Shown: piece by piece, positions 39,800 through 52,482 of the stretch
Position numbering within the stretch: position 1 is the first letter of the stretch
How the letters are laid out: the number at the start of each line of letters is the position of its first letter
Source: Octopus vulgaris
Lineage: Eukaryota
Direction: 5' to 3'
Assembly (NCBI GenBank): GCA_951406725.2
Contig: OX597822.1
Location: 80,290,001 to 80,354,000 of the forward strand
Length of the DNA: 64,000 bases
The notes under the pieces: generated by a model
Seen by the model: only the letters and a program-made list of their open reading frames with translations
What the model was told of the DNA's origin: nothing
The model's database searches: none
Position numbers and translations under genes: made by a program

Positions 39800-40720
39800 C
39801 TAGAAACGTAACTCAAATGATTGACGAAATAGAATTTTAAAAGCATGCGCTTAGAACAAGTGAGTTGGAAAATAAGCAGGCAAATGCCACTCCACAAGAA
39901 AGCAATGACATAGAAAGATTAGCATCCAAAAGGAACGAGATCTTCAAATTACAGAAGAAATAGCAATTCAAAGGGCGAAAGTAATAAGTAACGAATGCTT
40001 AGATTGGAGAAATAAACCAAGCAATCCAAGCAAATTGTATTTCTAGAAAATAAACGAAACTTTTATAGGAAATTAAATAACAAAATAAAATATGTAGAGT
40101 ATGAGCTGAGCGAAGAAAAATAAACTGAAACGCTGTAGACAAGAATTGGATTACTTGGAGAACCCCCGTAAAAATGATTGAAGTAAGCTACAGATGAAAG
40201 GCAAAATTAAACTATGAAGCCTCATCTGGACGCGAATATAACTGAGTGGAAAACATATTTGTAGCTATGAAGGGAAAAGTAACTGAAATGCAGTGGAAGT
40301 TGATAAAATCCAAAATTTCTAGTAAACTACTTGTATTCAACTGAAGAAGCTCAAATATTTAATAAGTTATACATTCCAAACTTCAGAACTGTTGGTGCAA
40401 AGCCCACCATCCTGCCAAATATCAAAGAGAGGTTTGTAGCTTGCATAATGCTCTAGAATCGGAACTAAGTAAGAAAAGATACCAAGGCTATGAGAGAAAT
40501 AATCTACTTAAAAATAAAAAGAAACAGAGAGGTATTATTTAAAATAATAACGGCGGAGAGCTGTGGTGACCATATTAACCACCACCGGACTAAGAAAAGG
40601 ACAATATGAAAATACGGTACTTTCACAAACAGAAAGAGCACCAGATACTACTTATGTCTTTCCTGAGTCTTTATAACAAAGTAAAGCGAACTAGTTGTCC
40701 ACAAATTATGACAATGCCGA
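39800..40720 (+). mobile_element. Highly decayed R4/Dong-like LINE ORF fragment
   Basis: Purine-rich strand with broken motifs resembling QNKLFxENKRxFYRKLN and DKIQNFW; many stops and frameshifts. Confidence 0.4.
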
Positions 40721-40729
40721 GAAAATGTT

Positions 40730-40950
40730 AATTTGGTTTCAAATTTTGGTACAAGATCAGCTATTTTAGGTGAATGGGTTAAGTCGATTGCATCGACCCT
40801 AGTTCTCAGTTGGTTCTTGTTTTATCGAGACCAAATAGATCAAAGGCAAAGTCGACCTCGGCGGAATTTGAACTGAGAACGTAAACACGGACCAAACGCT
40901 ACTAAGTATTTGGTCCTGTATGCTAACGATTCTGCCAGCTCGTTGCCTTG
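40730..40950 (-). mobile_element. SINE family A copy
   Basis: GGCAAAGTCGACCTCGGCGGAATTTGAACT...GCTAACGATTCTGCCAGCTCG. Confidence 0.8.
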
Positions 40951-41085
40951 CTCATAGAATAATAATAATAATCCTTTCTACGAAAGGCAAAAGCCCTGAG
41001 TAGATCCCCTTTTCGTTGCCTTGCTCATAGAATAATAATAATAATCCTTTCTACGAAAGGCAAAAGCCCTGAGTAGATCCCCTTT
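40940..41085. repeat. Perfect 73-bp tandem duplication spanning SINE junctions
   Basis: TCGTTGCCTTGCTCATAGAATAATAATAATAATCCTTTCTACGAAAGGCAAAAGCCCTGAGTAGATCCCCTTT twice. Confidence 0.9.
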
Positions 41086-41310
41086 ACTACCCACAAGGGG
41101 TTAAACACAGAGGGGACAAACAAGGACAGACAAACGGATTAAGTCGATGACATCGATCCCAGTGCGTAACTGGTACTTAATTTATCGACCCCGAAAGGAT
41201 GAAAGGCAAAGTCGACCTCGGTGGAATTTGAACTCAAAACGTACCGGCAGACGAAATACGGCTACGCATTTCGTCCGGCGTGCTAACGATTCTGCTAGCT
41301 CGAAACCTTG
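41082..41310 (-). mobile_element. SINE family A copy with the alternative tail (GACTTAATCCGTTTGTCTGTCC...GTAGTAAAG)
   Basis: Same tail as 10970-11040, with an intact head and core. Confidence 0.85.
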
Positions 41311-41316
41311 CACACG

Positions 41317-41521
<205 letters not shown>

Positions 41522-41655
41522 CCTCTCTATTATAGGCACAAGGTCTGAAATTTGGGGGAGGAGAGGAATAGTCCAATACATCGACCATCAGTACTCAACT
41601 GGTACTTAATTTATCGACCTCGAAAGGATGAAGGGTTAAAACGACCTCTGCGGAA
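41522..41655 (-). mobile_element. SINE family A 3' half
   Basis: Tail and core in reverse complement. Confidence 0.75.
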
Positions 41656-42183
41656 TGATAAAGACAATAATAATGAAAATCGTTTGATTGTGTTGTAGTT
41701 TTGTTTACTTCAAAGTCGCTGTACTTTAAGGAAAAAGAGATTTGCTCTTTCTTGTCGCATTGGCGACGTCAGAGAACAGTACTTGCGTCAGCAACAACAA
41801 AAAAAAAAAACCCCACAAACAAGGTCACCAACAACAACTATACAAACAATAGATATTATTACAGTGATCATTCTACCAAAAACAACAACAATAACAACAA
41901 ACACACCGACAAGAACAAGAACAAGAACGACAACAACAACAACAACAACCAGATGACAATGCAATTTCCAGTTTAAGAACATCTGAAAGCAATTACATTT
42001 AAAAGCTGAAGAATTCATCTGTTAAAATAAATCATTTGCAGAAGTGGTTTTTGGTTTATTGTGTTCATTGTCACCACTGCAAACAACCAATCTGACCATC
42101 ACCATCACCGTCACCGTCATCATCACCATCACCATCGCCACAACCAAACTTCTTCTAAAACTACCACACATTCCCTCGCCATC

Positions 42184-42184
<1 letters not shown>

Positions 42185-42215
<31 letters not shown>

Positions 42216-42373
42216 CGCTGCTGCCGCTACTACCGCTACTACTACTGCTACTACTACTACTACTACTACTACTAGTACTACTACTGCTGCTGCTGCCGCT
42301 GCTGCTACTACTGCTACTACTACTACTACTGCTGCTGCTGCCGCTACTACTACTACTACTGCTACTACTACTA

Positions 42374-42404
<31 letters not shown>

Positions 42405-42458
42405 CGCTGCTGCCGCTGCTGCTGCTGCTGCCGCTGCTGCTGCTGCTACTACTACTAC

Positions 42459-42527
<69 letters not shown>

Positions 42528-42538
42528 CGCTGCTGCTG

Positions 42539-42571
<33 letters not shown>

Positions 42572-42700
42572 GTACTACTACTACCAGTGCTGCTACTGCT
42601 GCTGCTGCTCCAGCAATTGCAACTATTACTACTACTACTACTACTACTACTGCTACTGCTGCTGCTGCTAGTGCTGCTGCTGCTACTACTACTAGTACTA

Positions 42701-42732
<32 letters not shown>

Positions 42733-42744
42733 CCAGCTGTTGCA

Positions 42745-42779
<35 letters not shown>

Positions 42780-42889
42780 CACTACTACTACTACAACTAC
42801 TACTGCTGCTGCTACTTCTGCTTCAGCTGTTGTAACTACCACTGCTACTACTAGTACTACTACTACTACTGCTGCTGCTCCCGCTACTA

Positions 42890-42923
<34 letters not shown>

Positions 42924-42948
42924 CGCTACTACTACTGCTACTACTACA

Positions 42949-42980
<32 letters not shown>

Positions 42981-42989
42981 CGCTACTAC

Positions 42990-43053
<64 letters not shown>

Positions 43054-43345
43054 CCAGCTGTTGCAACTACTACTACTACTACTACTGCTGCTGCTGCTCC
43101 AGCTGTTGCAACTACTATTACTACTACTACTGCTGCTGCTGCTCCAACTGTTGCAACTACTACTACTACTACTACTGCTGCTGCTGCTCCAACTGTTGCA
43201 ACTACTACTGTTGCAACTACTACTACTACGACTACTACTGCTGCTGCTACTGCTGCTTCAGCTGTTGCAACTACCACTGCTACTACTAGTACTACTACTA
43301 GTACTACTACTACTAGTACTACTACTACTACTACTACTACTGCTG

Positions 43346-43382
<37 letters not shown>

Positions 43383-43399
43383 AGCTACCGCTGCTGCTG

Positions 43400-43431
<32 letters not shown>

Positions 43432-43465
43432 GCTACTACTACTACTGCTACTACTACTACTGCCT
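42185..43465. repeat. About 1.3-kb mixed (ACT)n/(GCT)n trinucleotide array with a higher-order GCTCCAGCTGTTGCAACT motif
   Basis: Directly visible; gives Thr/Ala, Leu and Val/Ala ORFs in different frames and strands. Confidence 0.95.
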
Positions 43466-44021
43466 TCATTACAATCACCGCCATGAGACTGCTTTATTAC
43501 CACAATCATCCTAACCACCACCATCACCACGACGACGACGACCATAACCATAACAACAAAAAAAACACCTGTACAAACGTAACAACGATGATGATAACGA
43601 AAGCGACGACCACGACCAAAATGGTGACGACAATGATGATGATGATGATGAAGTCATTTCAGTAGAGCCATTAGTATCACGAACCTATCCCTAACCCGCC
43701 TACACTTAATCAAATCACGCCATTTCTATAACCATAAAAGACCTACGAAGGAACCGCTGCAGGATGGTTCAAACTCTGAGGAAATGTAATCTAAATTACA
43801 CCCAAATTTTCCCTAACAAGGGCATAGGTACGGCTTTATGGTTAAAATGCTCGCATTGAAACCACGTGCACATCGGAAACATTCGTTAATTTCTTGAAAA
43901 TGGGGTCATAACCCCGAAATACTGAATACAAGGGAAATCTACATTAATTCATATATTTGTTTTCTTTGTGAGTTGCTTGCATTTACTTCGCTTCGTTCCA
44001 ACCTTATCTACGATCCTTTAT

Positions 44022-44079
<58 letters not shown>

Positions 44080-45428
44080 TACATATATATGCATATATAT
44101 ATATATGTGTAATATCATTTGGCATCCACATATGTATATTTGTGAATATTTTATTATTTATTCTGATAAAGAAAAATTTATTTTGTTCTCTACAGTTTAT
44201 CTCATGGAATTGACTATAGATTGAATTGTTATCAAATATAGGAATTCTACGAATATTTATTATATACAGGGACTGGGTTTCTGCATATTCAATCCTTTTT
44301 ACGGAAGTGAGTTCCGTAAAATTTAAACAATCTGTAACTGCCATTTCTAGCATACCTAACTACCACATCTATTGTTTCTACCTTACTCACCAACTCGATG
44401 GTGATCAGTACTAGAATCTACTGACATAAATGAACAGACCAGACAACGAGGGAAAACAATCAATAAACTTAAACTGCTTCACTGCATCGCATATAATTAA
44501 CCACAAATTGTTAGATTGTAAAAGTATGGCTCTCAATTAGATGTAATTGTGGCATATACAGAGTGATGTGCCTGTGAAATGGCCATTTATCTTTATTTGT
44601 CACAGGTTTGTTCGATTTCAGTGGCTATGTGTCTAGACGTTACGCTAATTTAAAGTCCGTGTCCAGCTTACATGTTCATTAGCGCGGAGCTTACTCCGGT
44701 TTTCCGAGGCGTGTAAACATCTGAAAGGACAGGACCTCAACTTGAACTGGAGTCCAATCCGAAGGGTTAAATTCCAGCTGCAGTTGGTTGTCATTTTAAA
44801 GGAGTAGAGTAAAGAAAAGTGAAGGACACAAGGTTTTACTTTATTTGAGAATCGAACCCACGATCACGTTATCATGAATCTAATACCTTTACCAGAAGAC
44901 TGCGTACATTCACAAAATAATGTTAAACATGCATAAAAACAGCAGAAAGAACAAAAGCCAGAATAAGGTTGTGAATTGGCAGAGTGGTTAGCGAGTAGAT
45001 GTGAAGGCTACGCGGTATTTATACCGACTGCTTGTATACAGAGTTCGATTCCACCGAGGTCAAACTAACCTTTTATCATCTCAAGTCGATAAAACTGCAC
45101 CAGTCGAAGGCAGTCGAAAGCATGGTACTGTAGGAACATCGTGTTAGATTCGTTGCTGTATTTGCCCGGCTCTTTGCGTTAAGGGTTCAAATCTTACCAT
45201 GGCAAACTTGAGTGCTAGACTTAAAATGTCCTCAATTTTAACTCCCCACCCCCTGATACTTTCGTTGCCACAAGGTGGAGTTTTTCTATTGCACGTTTTC
45301 TGGTCAGTTTCCGGTTTGAGAATATCTCCATCAATCCCTCTCCCCCAACGGTCTCGAAGGGACCATCATGTCTTCCTAACGCCCGATTAAAACATCCATA
45401 CCAACCACACCACAATATCTCAAACTAC

Positions 45429-45750
45429 GAAGGTGCATCGCTCAGTGGTTAGGCTATTCGGCTCCCGATCGTAAGGTCGTTAGTTCGATTCTCGGCGGCG
45501 CGTTGTATCCTTATGCAAGACACCTTATCTCAACATTACTCCAGTTCATTCAACTGGCAAAGACGAGTTGTACCTGTAACCAAAAGGGCCAGTCTTCACA
45601 CATTCCGTGTCACGCTGAATCTCCCTGAGAACGACGTTAAGGGCACGCGTGTCTGTGGAGTGCTCAGCCACTTGCACTTTAATTTCAAAAGCAGGCTGTT
45701 CCGTTGATCGAATCAACTGTAACCCTCGTTGTTGTAACCGACGGAGTGCG
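45429..45750 (+). mobile_element. tRNA-derived SINE (family C-related head, distinct 3' part)
   Basis: A box CGCTCAGTGGTTAG, B box AGTTCGATTC, then GGCGCGTTGTATCCTTATGCAAGACACC. Confidence 0.75.
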
Positions 45751-45968
45751 AATTATATCTCAGAAACAACCACCATTAGCACTTGTACAACTCACCTAAA
45801 AAGCAGGAGTCAATATGTGACCCATTACCTGTTGCTTGATCTGCTACAAAGAGCAACTAAATCTACTTCAAATTACGCCCTGTTGTTTTAGGAAATGATT
45901 TGCAGAGGAATGTAGTCCTCAACTTCCAGCAAATAACACGAAGAAGGACGTGGTGCTCACACTCGATA

Positions 45969-46368
45969 TACTCTTTTACTTGTTTCAGTCATTTGACAGT
46001 GGCCATGCTAGGGCACCACCTTTAGTCGAGTAAATCGACCCCAGAACTTATTCTTTGTAAGCCTAGTACTTATTCTATCCGTCTCTATTGCCGAACTGAT
46101 AAGTTACGGGGACGTAAACACACCAGCATCGTTTGTTAAGCAATGTTGGGTGGTGGGCAAACATAGATACATAAACATATACACAAATATATATATATAC
46201 ATATATACGACAGGCTTCTTACAGTTTCCGTCTACCAAATCCACTCACAAGGCTTTGGACGGCCCGAGGCTATAGTAGAAGACACTTGCCCAAGGTGCCA
46301 CGCAGTGGGATTGAACCCGGAACCATGTAGTTGGGAAGCAAACTACTTACCACACAGCCGCTCCTACG
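45969..46368 (-). mobile_element. SINE family B copy (full length)
   Basis: Reverse complement of GTAGGAGCGGCTGTGTGGTAAG...GGGTTCAATCCCACTGCGTGGCACCTTGGGCAAGTG...AAATGACTGAAACAAGTAAAAGAGTA. Confidence 0.9.
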
Positions 46369-47196
46369 ATATGCTTTATTTTATTTTATTTTATTTACCG
46401 TATGTTTGTTTAGTGAAGCGAAATAACAACAACAGCAAAAGTAACAGAATAACTACCATAAATGACCAACGTCATTCCTGCCAACACCACAACAAACACC
46501 TCTACTACCGCCCCATCTATTTTCTACTATCATAACCACTGTAATACAATTAGAACCATAGCAACACTAATCACTACCACAAGCATCACCATTACCAATA
46601 CCACCACTAGCAGCAGCACCACCACCACAACTATCACCTACACCAACACCACGACTTCCACCACCATTACCAACAACAATAACAAAACACTTTCTCTTAC
46701 AAAATACCAACAAGTTTGACAAAAAATATTGATGTACGACAAAACGTAATGGCCGACATGAAAACCTAACTAAAAACCCACAAACACATCGCCGACAACG
46801 TTTCCACAGTTAACAGAAATTTATTCTACTCCACCAGCAGAACCAACCACAGGCACAGCTTCAAACCATTTACCATTCTTGGAATTTTATCGCAGTCTGG
46901 TGATTGTTTCTTTGATGTCAAGTAGAAATTAATTTCCTTCTCATTGTTTTGTCACTTAAAGTAGACTTTTACACGGAACGCGGCACTTCTTAGATGCCAT
47001 TAAACTTTATGTAGTCACACAAACAATTAATTGTTCTATGTATAAATATGTACACTATCTACGATTCATCTTATGTTTACGCGCATAGGGGGTAGACACG
47101 CACATACTCACACAGTTTATATATATACATATACATATAACTGTGTATGTATATATATGTATATATATATATACATAGATATATAACTATATATAT

Positions 47197-47237
<41 letters not shown>

Positions 47238-48269
47238 CCAAGAGAGAGTGAGAGAGAGAAAGTGTGAGAGAGAGGGAGAGACAGAGAGAGACTGAAAGAA
47301 TATATGTATGTATGTATGTATGCGGATACATTGTCTCTTTGTACGTACATTCATACATTGATATATATATTAGCCATATAACCTAATTTTAAGAAGTTGT
47401 AAGAAGAGATTTATTACCCTCCCGCACACCTACACCACACACACATACACTTGTGTTTGTATGAAAAACTTATATACGAACATAAATATATATACATACA
47501 TATATATATATAAATATATTTATATATACATGTATATACACATAAACACATATAGATCCGCTCACAAACACAAAGCACATGCAAACGTACACACACACAC
47601 ACACTCACACACTCACACTCATATCTATCTACTTACCTATGTACATACATATAACACACGCACACACATACACAAACACAACACGCACCACGCACACAAA
47701 CACACATATATTTATACATAAGCATACACACAGTTCACTTTAAATGCGTATATCATCTTCGCAGTGGTCTTTGAACGAAAGGCTGCGTCTCTTAGGAAAT
47801 CAAGAGATATTTATGATATATTACATCGAGAAAGAAAAGACCAGCAACAATAACAACATGAACACCGACAACAATGGGCAACTTGAAAAACAAGACTTAC
47901 AGCATTAGAAGACATAAATTTAAAGTCAACACTAACAAGTTTAATATAGTAAATTGACGACAGTAATAAGAAACTCAAATACTAAGCAATATCGCATACA
48001 TCACAATATTCTCTATCGAAGTTTTTCGTTATTATTGATTTCTTTAAAAGTAACAAATGACAGAATTAGTGGGGCACGAGATCATATGACTCACAGTAAG
48101 TTATTACGCTTTGCAGTTCGAATCCGCGTAACGTTTGTATTAATTTGGATGAAACAATCACCAGTCAAACTCAGGGATCGACTTAATCGTTTCTTTCCCC
48201 CTAATTTCCCCTAAATATTTGTGAGAAGCCATTAACTGCTAACTTGCCAACTTTGTTGATTCGTTCGCG

Positions 48270-48660
48270 ATTCGGACAAATTGTTTAGCAATATTTCTTC
48301 CGGCTCTTTACGTTTTGGGTTCAAATTTCGCCGTGGTGGACTATGTCTTTCATCCTTTCGGAGTCACTAAAATAAGTGCCCGTGGAACACTGGGGTCGAT
48401 GTAATTAATTTCCTCTCACTCAAATGGTCTTCTACCAAATTTAGAAAGAACTATTAAGGTGACTAGCTGGCAGATTCTGGCGAATATGCTAAGCGGTATT
48501 TCTTCCGTTTGGTTTGTTTTCTGCTTTTAAATTCTAACCAGGTCGACTTTTAATCTTTCGGGTTCGATAAAAGAGGCACCAGTTGAACACACAGATCGAT
48601 GTAATTGATCTCACGACCTCCCTAAAAATTGCTGGCTTTGAGCTAAAAGTTGAAACCATT
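48270..48660 (+). mobile_element. Two tandem diverged SINE family A copies
   Basis: GGGTTCAAATTTCGCC..TCTTTCATCCTTTCGGAGTC and GCTGGCAGA..GGTCGACTTT..TTCGATAAAA. Confidence 0.65.
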
Positions 48661-49427
48661 ATTTCTTAAATGCTAAAACAATGCAATGCAAAGTCCGCTT
48701 CGTGTCTAGGATCAAAGGTTTTGTTTCATCGATTTACAATTTTGTTTTTAGTTTCTGAAATGACGTCCCTGTAATGTTAACTCCATCTTTTTTTTCTCGT
48801 TTCCAGAGTCGATGTAACAGAAGACAGTGAAATAATCGGGTCGATATATAATTGATCATATCCCCCTTAGAAATTCTTTAGCTTTGTGTCAAAGTTAGGA
48901 ATTATTCTTGAATTCTTAAAAATAATGGATTTCAGAAGCGTTGGAACATTAGAACCAAATACAGGGTTCATTTATTAATTACGTCCTTTTAAGTTCCGCA
49001 ATTCGTTGAGATTGTCTGTAATTTCCAGTTTCCTTGCAGGAGGGGGAAGTGAGAGTTTATTAAATAATTGTTTAAAATTTTGGCACGAATTTAGATATTA
49101 AATCTATTGCGTTCAATCTTCATCCGCTGCAGTACTCTCGAACACGCGCATCGCTGAATGGGTGAACGGTATTCAACTGTAGTAGCAATATAAAAGCAGG
49201 TTAAAGTTATATCTATTGTATTTGAATAGCTGAATCGGAGTACGAGAGGCGGCGTTGATAGTTTTTTTTCAGAGAGGAGATACGTTACGTCCAGACTAAA
49301 AACCGCGGTCACGGAGGATTTTGATGTAGTACCAAAACTTAAAATGAAACAGGAACCAAGTGATTGTCTTGAGCTAACGTTTCCGTTTACTGGGAGGGGA
49401 ACGATAATACAAAATCCATCCTGCCAT

Positions 49428-49731
49428 GTTTGTTTGTTCCTTATCGAGCCACGCCTGGCTCATAAGGGCCGGTTTCCTGGTTTCCTTGACGTATAGGGTT
49501 CCCACCTGGACGGAACGCCGATCCGTCGCAGGTGAGCTGCAAGATGCAGTAGGAAGGAGTGAGAGAAAGTTGTAGCGAAAGAATCATCAGAAGTTCGCCA
49601 TTACCTTCTGCTGGAGCCGCGTGGTGCGTAAGTGTTACTCTCATAAACACGCACATCGCCATGTCTGATATTCGAACTCGCGATCCCTCGATCGCGAGTC
49701 CGCTGCTCTAACCATTAGGCCATGCGCCTCC
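49428..49731 (-). mobile_element. SINE family C copy (V-SINE-like), well preserved
   Basis: Minus strand: GGAGGCGCATGGCCTAATGGTTAGAGC (A box), GAGTTCGAAT (B box), CCTGCGACGGATCGGCGTTCCGTCCAGG, tail GAAACCGGCCCTTATGAGCC..GGCTCG..(AAAC)n. Confidence 0.8.
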
Positions 49732-49789
49732 ACATCCGGTCATGTAATAGGACCTGTATAAGCAATGTATCATCGTTAGAGTCAACGAC

Positions 49790-50050
49790 AACTGCTGAGC
49801 ATTACTGTTTTGAGTCCTATGATTCGTCAGGGCCTATTACCAAGTTTCCATGGCATATAACTGACCGAAATCGCAACGATCCTACTGAACGGTACACCAG
49901 CCCACCACATGTTTACTCATTTATAGCTGAGCACACTGGAGCAACCTGGAAAGGAGTGTTTTACTCAAAGACACAACGCGCCTCCCAGTTCGGGAATCGA
50001 TACCACGAACCCTCGATCGTGTGTATGCAACCACCTAACCATTGCACCTC
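49790..50050 (-). mobile_element. SINE family C copy, diverged
   Basis: Minus strand GGCGCGTTGTGTCTTTGAGTAAAACAC..GCTCCAGT..CTCAGCTATAAATGAGTA. Confidence 0.65.
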
Positions 50051-50359
50051 GAAACCTTATCCATCCACCAATCTCGAAAAAATGTTCGGGTTAGTAATTG
50101 TTATTATTCTCCACTACATTTTGTTGTATCCGCTGCGAAGCTTCTTCGGCGTCGTTGGTAGAAAATGCGATTACGACTTTGGATTAATGACCGCAACACC
50201 CCACCCCACCCCACGCCACCCCGTAGCAATTAGTCACCTTTCTCTAATGATTAATTTCGCTCTCGTTTATATTTAATTTAACAATAACTGAGATCAGTGG
50301 ATAGCCATGGCTGAATCAATTCCATTCAATCTCCGTCACCGTCGCCGCCGCCAGTATTG

Positions 50360-50373
50360 TCACCATCATCACC

Positions 50374-50434
<61 letters not shown>

Positions 50435-50447
50435 ACATCATCATCAG

Positions 50448-50503
<56 letters not shown>

Positions 50504-50526
50504 ACATCATCATCAGCATCATCATC

Positions 50527-50572
<46 letters not shown>

Positions 50573-50960
50573 GTACCACCACTACCACCCCTGCTGCCAC
50601 TCCAACTCCACCCCACCACTACCATTGCCCACAATCATTATCCTCATCGTTGTCGTCATCGCTGTTGCCGTTGTCGTCGACGTCGTCTTCACGACTATTA
50701 TCACCGTTATCATCATTTATACAAATGGAATCAGCAAACATCATTATCACCACTATCACCACCACGACCACGACCACGACCGCGACGACGACGACGACGA
50801 CGACCACCACCACTACCACCACAACCACTACCACCACCACTTTCAGCATCACAACCATCACCGCCACCACAACTACCATTACCAACAGCTCTACCCCTAA
50901 CTTTCCCTTCGTCCTCATCACCACCAACACAACCATCATCATCATCATCATCAACAACAA
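50360..50960. repeat. (CAT)n/(CAC)n/(GAC)n low-complexity tract
   Basis: Directly visible. Confidence 0.9.
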
Positions 50961-51523
50961 TATTAACATCATAGCCACCACTTTAAATAACATAGACAGC
51001 ATCATCCTCCCCAACAACAACATCATTATCTTCAAAACATGACAATAGAGAAAACACTGCAAGAAGCAAGGCGCATGCAAGCAACGTCGCCATTGTTGCC
51101 AAGGGCGAAGATAAAGTAACGCTGCAGAAATTTGCTTTTCAACACATTGTCCCATGCCAATACAGTGAGAACACTGAAGATGTACAACAGCTAAGAACAA
51201 TGTCAGAAAACGGAAACGTCAATTCGATTGAGAAGTGCAAAATAGAAAAGCGAATGCAGCCGACACGGGGAGGAGAAGCTATTCGACAATGACAGATGTG
51301 TTTGGTTTTCTTTGTGAGAGTGAAGGAGAGTTTGTGAGAGCCTGGGTGTTTGTGGTAAGAGGATTTCGTATATGCTTGTATTGGCACGAGCATGTTAATA
51401 TGCATGTCTGTATGTATGCATGTATGTATGTATGTATGTATGTATGTATGTATGTATGTATGTATGTATGTATGTATGCATGTATATACGTAGGTATTTA
51501 CCTGAATATGTTTCTATGACTAT

Positions 51524-51605
<82 letters not shown>

Positions 51606-51650
51606 GTTTGTCTGTCTGTCTGTCTGCTTATCTATCTATCTTACTATCTA

Positions 51651-51710
<60 letters not shown>

Positions 51711-51711
51711 C

Positions 51712-51753
<42 letters not shown>

Positions 51754-51754
51754 G

Positions 51755-51796
<42 letters not shown>

Positions 51797-51804
51797 CATC
51801 TATC

Positions 51805-52482
51805 TATATTCGCCATTTGTGAGGCGCGCTTTCCCGAAGCTGGTCTCTTTGGCCGAACTGCAGTCGTGGATCAAACAGAGACCAAGGCTAGGCGAATGGC
51901 ACCGGGAGTGCGCCTTGCTCTCAAGCAACTCTGCTGTGCGGGACCAAACTTGTGCAACTTCAATTCCACGAATCCGTTCTAAAAGAGATTAGTGGAGGGA
52001 AAGGTGCGACGACGTTCTCGTGCAGAATCTGGGCGTCGACGAGGAACACCTGACCTGCCTGTTCAGGACAACGTTCAGGCCGGGATCTATGGACAATCAC
52101 CAGAGATCTTTTGCTATTGGGAAGCATTGCCTATACGGGATAAGTTCTACAGGCACGTTTAGAGACACACCGGACTGACTTGCCCGAGATGCAGTCAGGA
52201 GGACGAAACCGTTCTGCATGCACTCGTGCATGCAGTTTGCTCTCATGTTTTTCCCCCTCCCAGCTTGAGGTTACTGTGGTCTCTTTTGTAGGCTTTTCTT
52301 TCCACGGATAAACCTAGTCTGTTGTTTTACATTTTTTGCTCTGTTCTGTGATACATGATCCCTTTTCATAAGAATTTTTTCTTCCTTTTTCTTTTCTATT
52401 TTCTTTCCTTTTCTTTCGAAAAGAAAAGCTCTATATTGTATTTTGTCCCTTCTGTGTTCCGCCATGTGTGGTTAATAAAGTT
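51805..52482 (+). mobile_element. 3' relic of a Tx1/L1-clade LINE adjoining (CTAT)n
   Basis: EALPIRDKFYRH..LTCPRCSQEDETVLHALVH (C-terminal CCHC/zf-RVT region) at 52121-52232, then a T-rich 3' UTR ending TGTGTGGTTAATAAAG. Confidence 0.75.

Noticed and set aside
45429-49731. tRNA genes suggested by A/B boxes
   Set aside because: The boxes belong to SINE heads that continue into repeat bodies; no complete cloverleaf.
51170-51228. CTGAAGA...GAAACGTC hammerhead-like match
   Set aside because: Stems I and II do not pair.
50996-51292. Unique block with a stop-free + frame of about 98 codons and a minus-strand MGQC start (ATG at 51155) as a possible first exon of the RING gene
   Set aside because: No good GT donor after MGQC, no acceptor or start for the + frame, and no recognisable motif; cannot be supported without RNA data.
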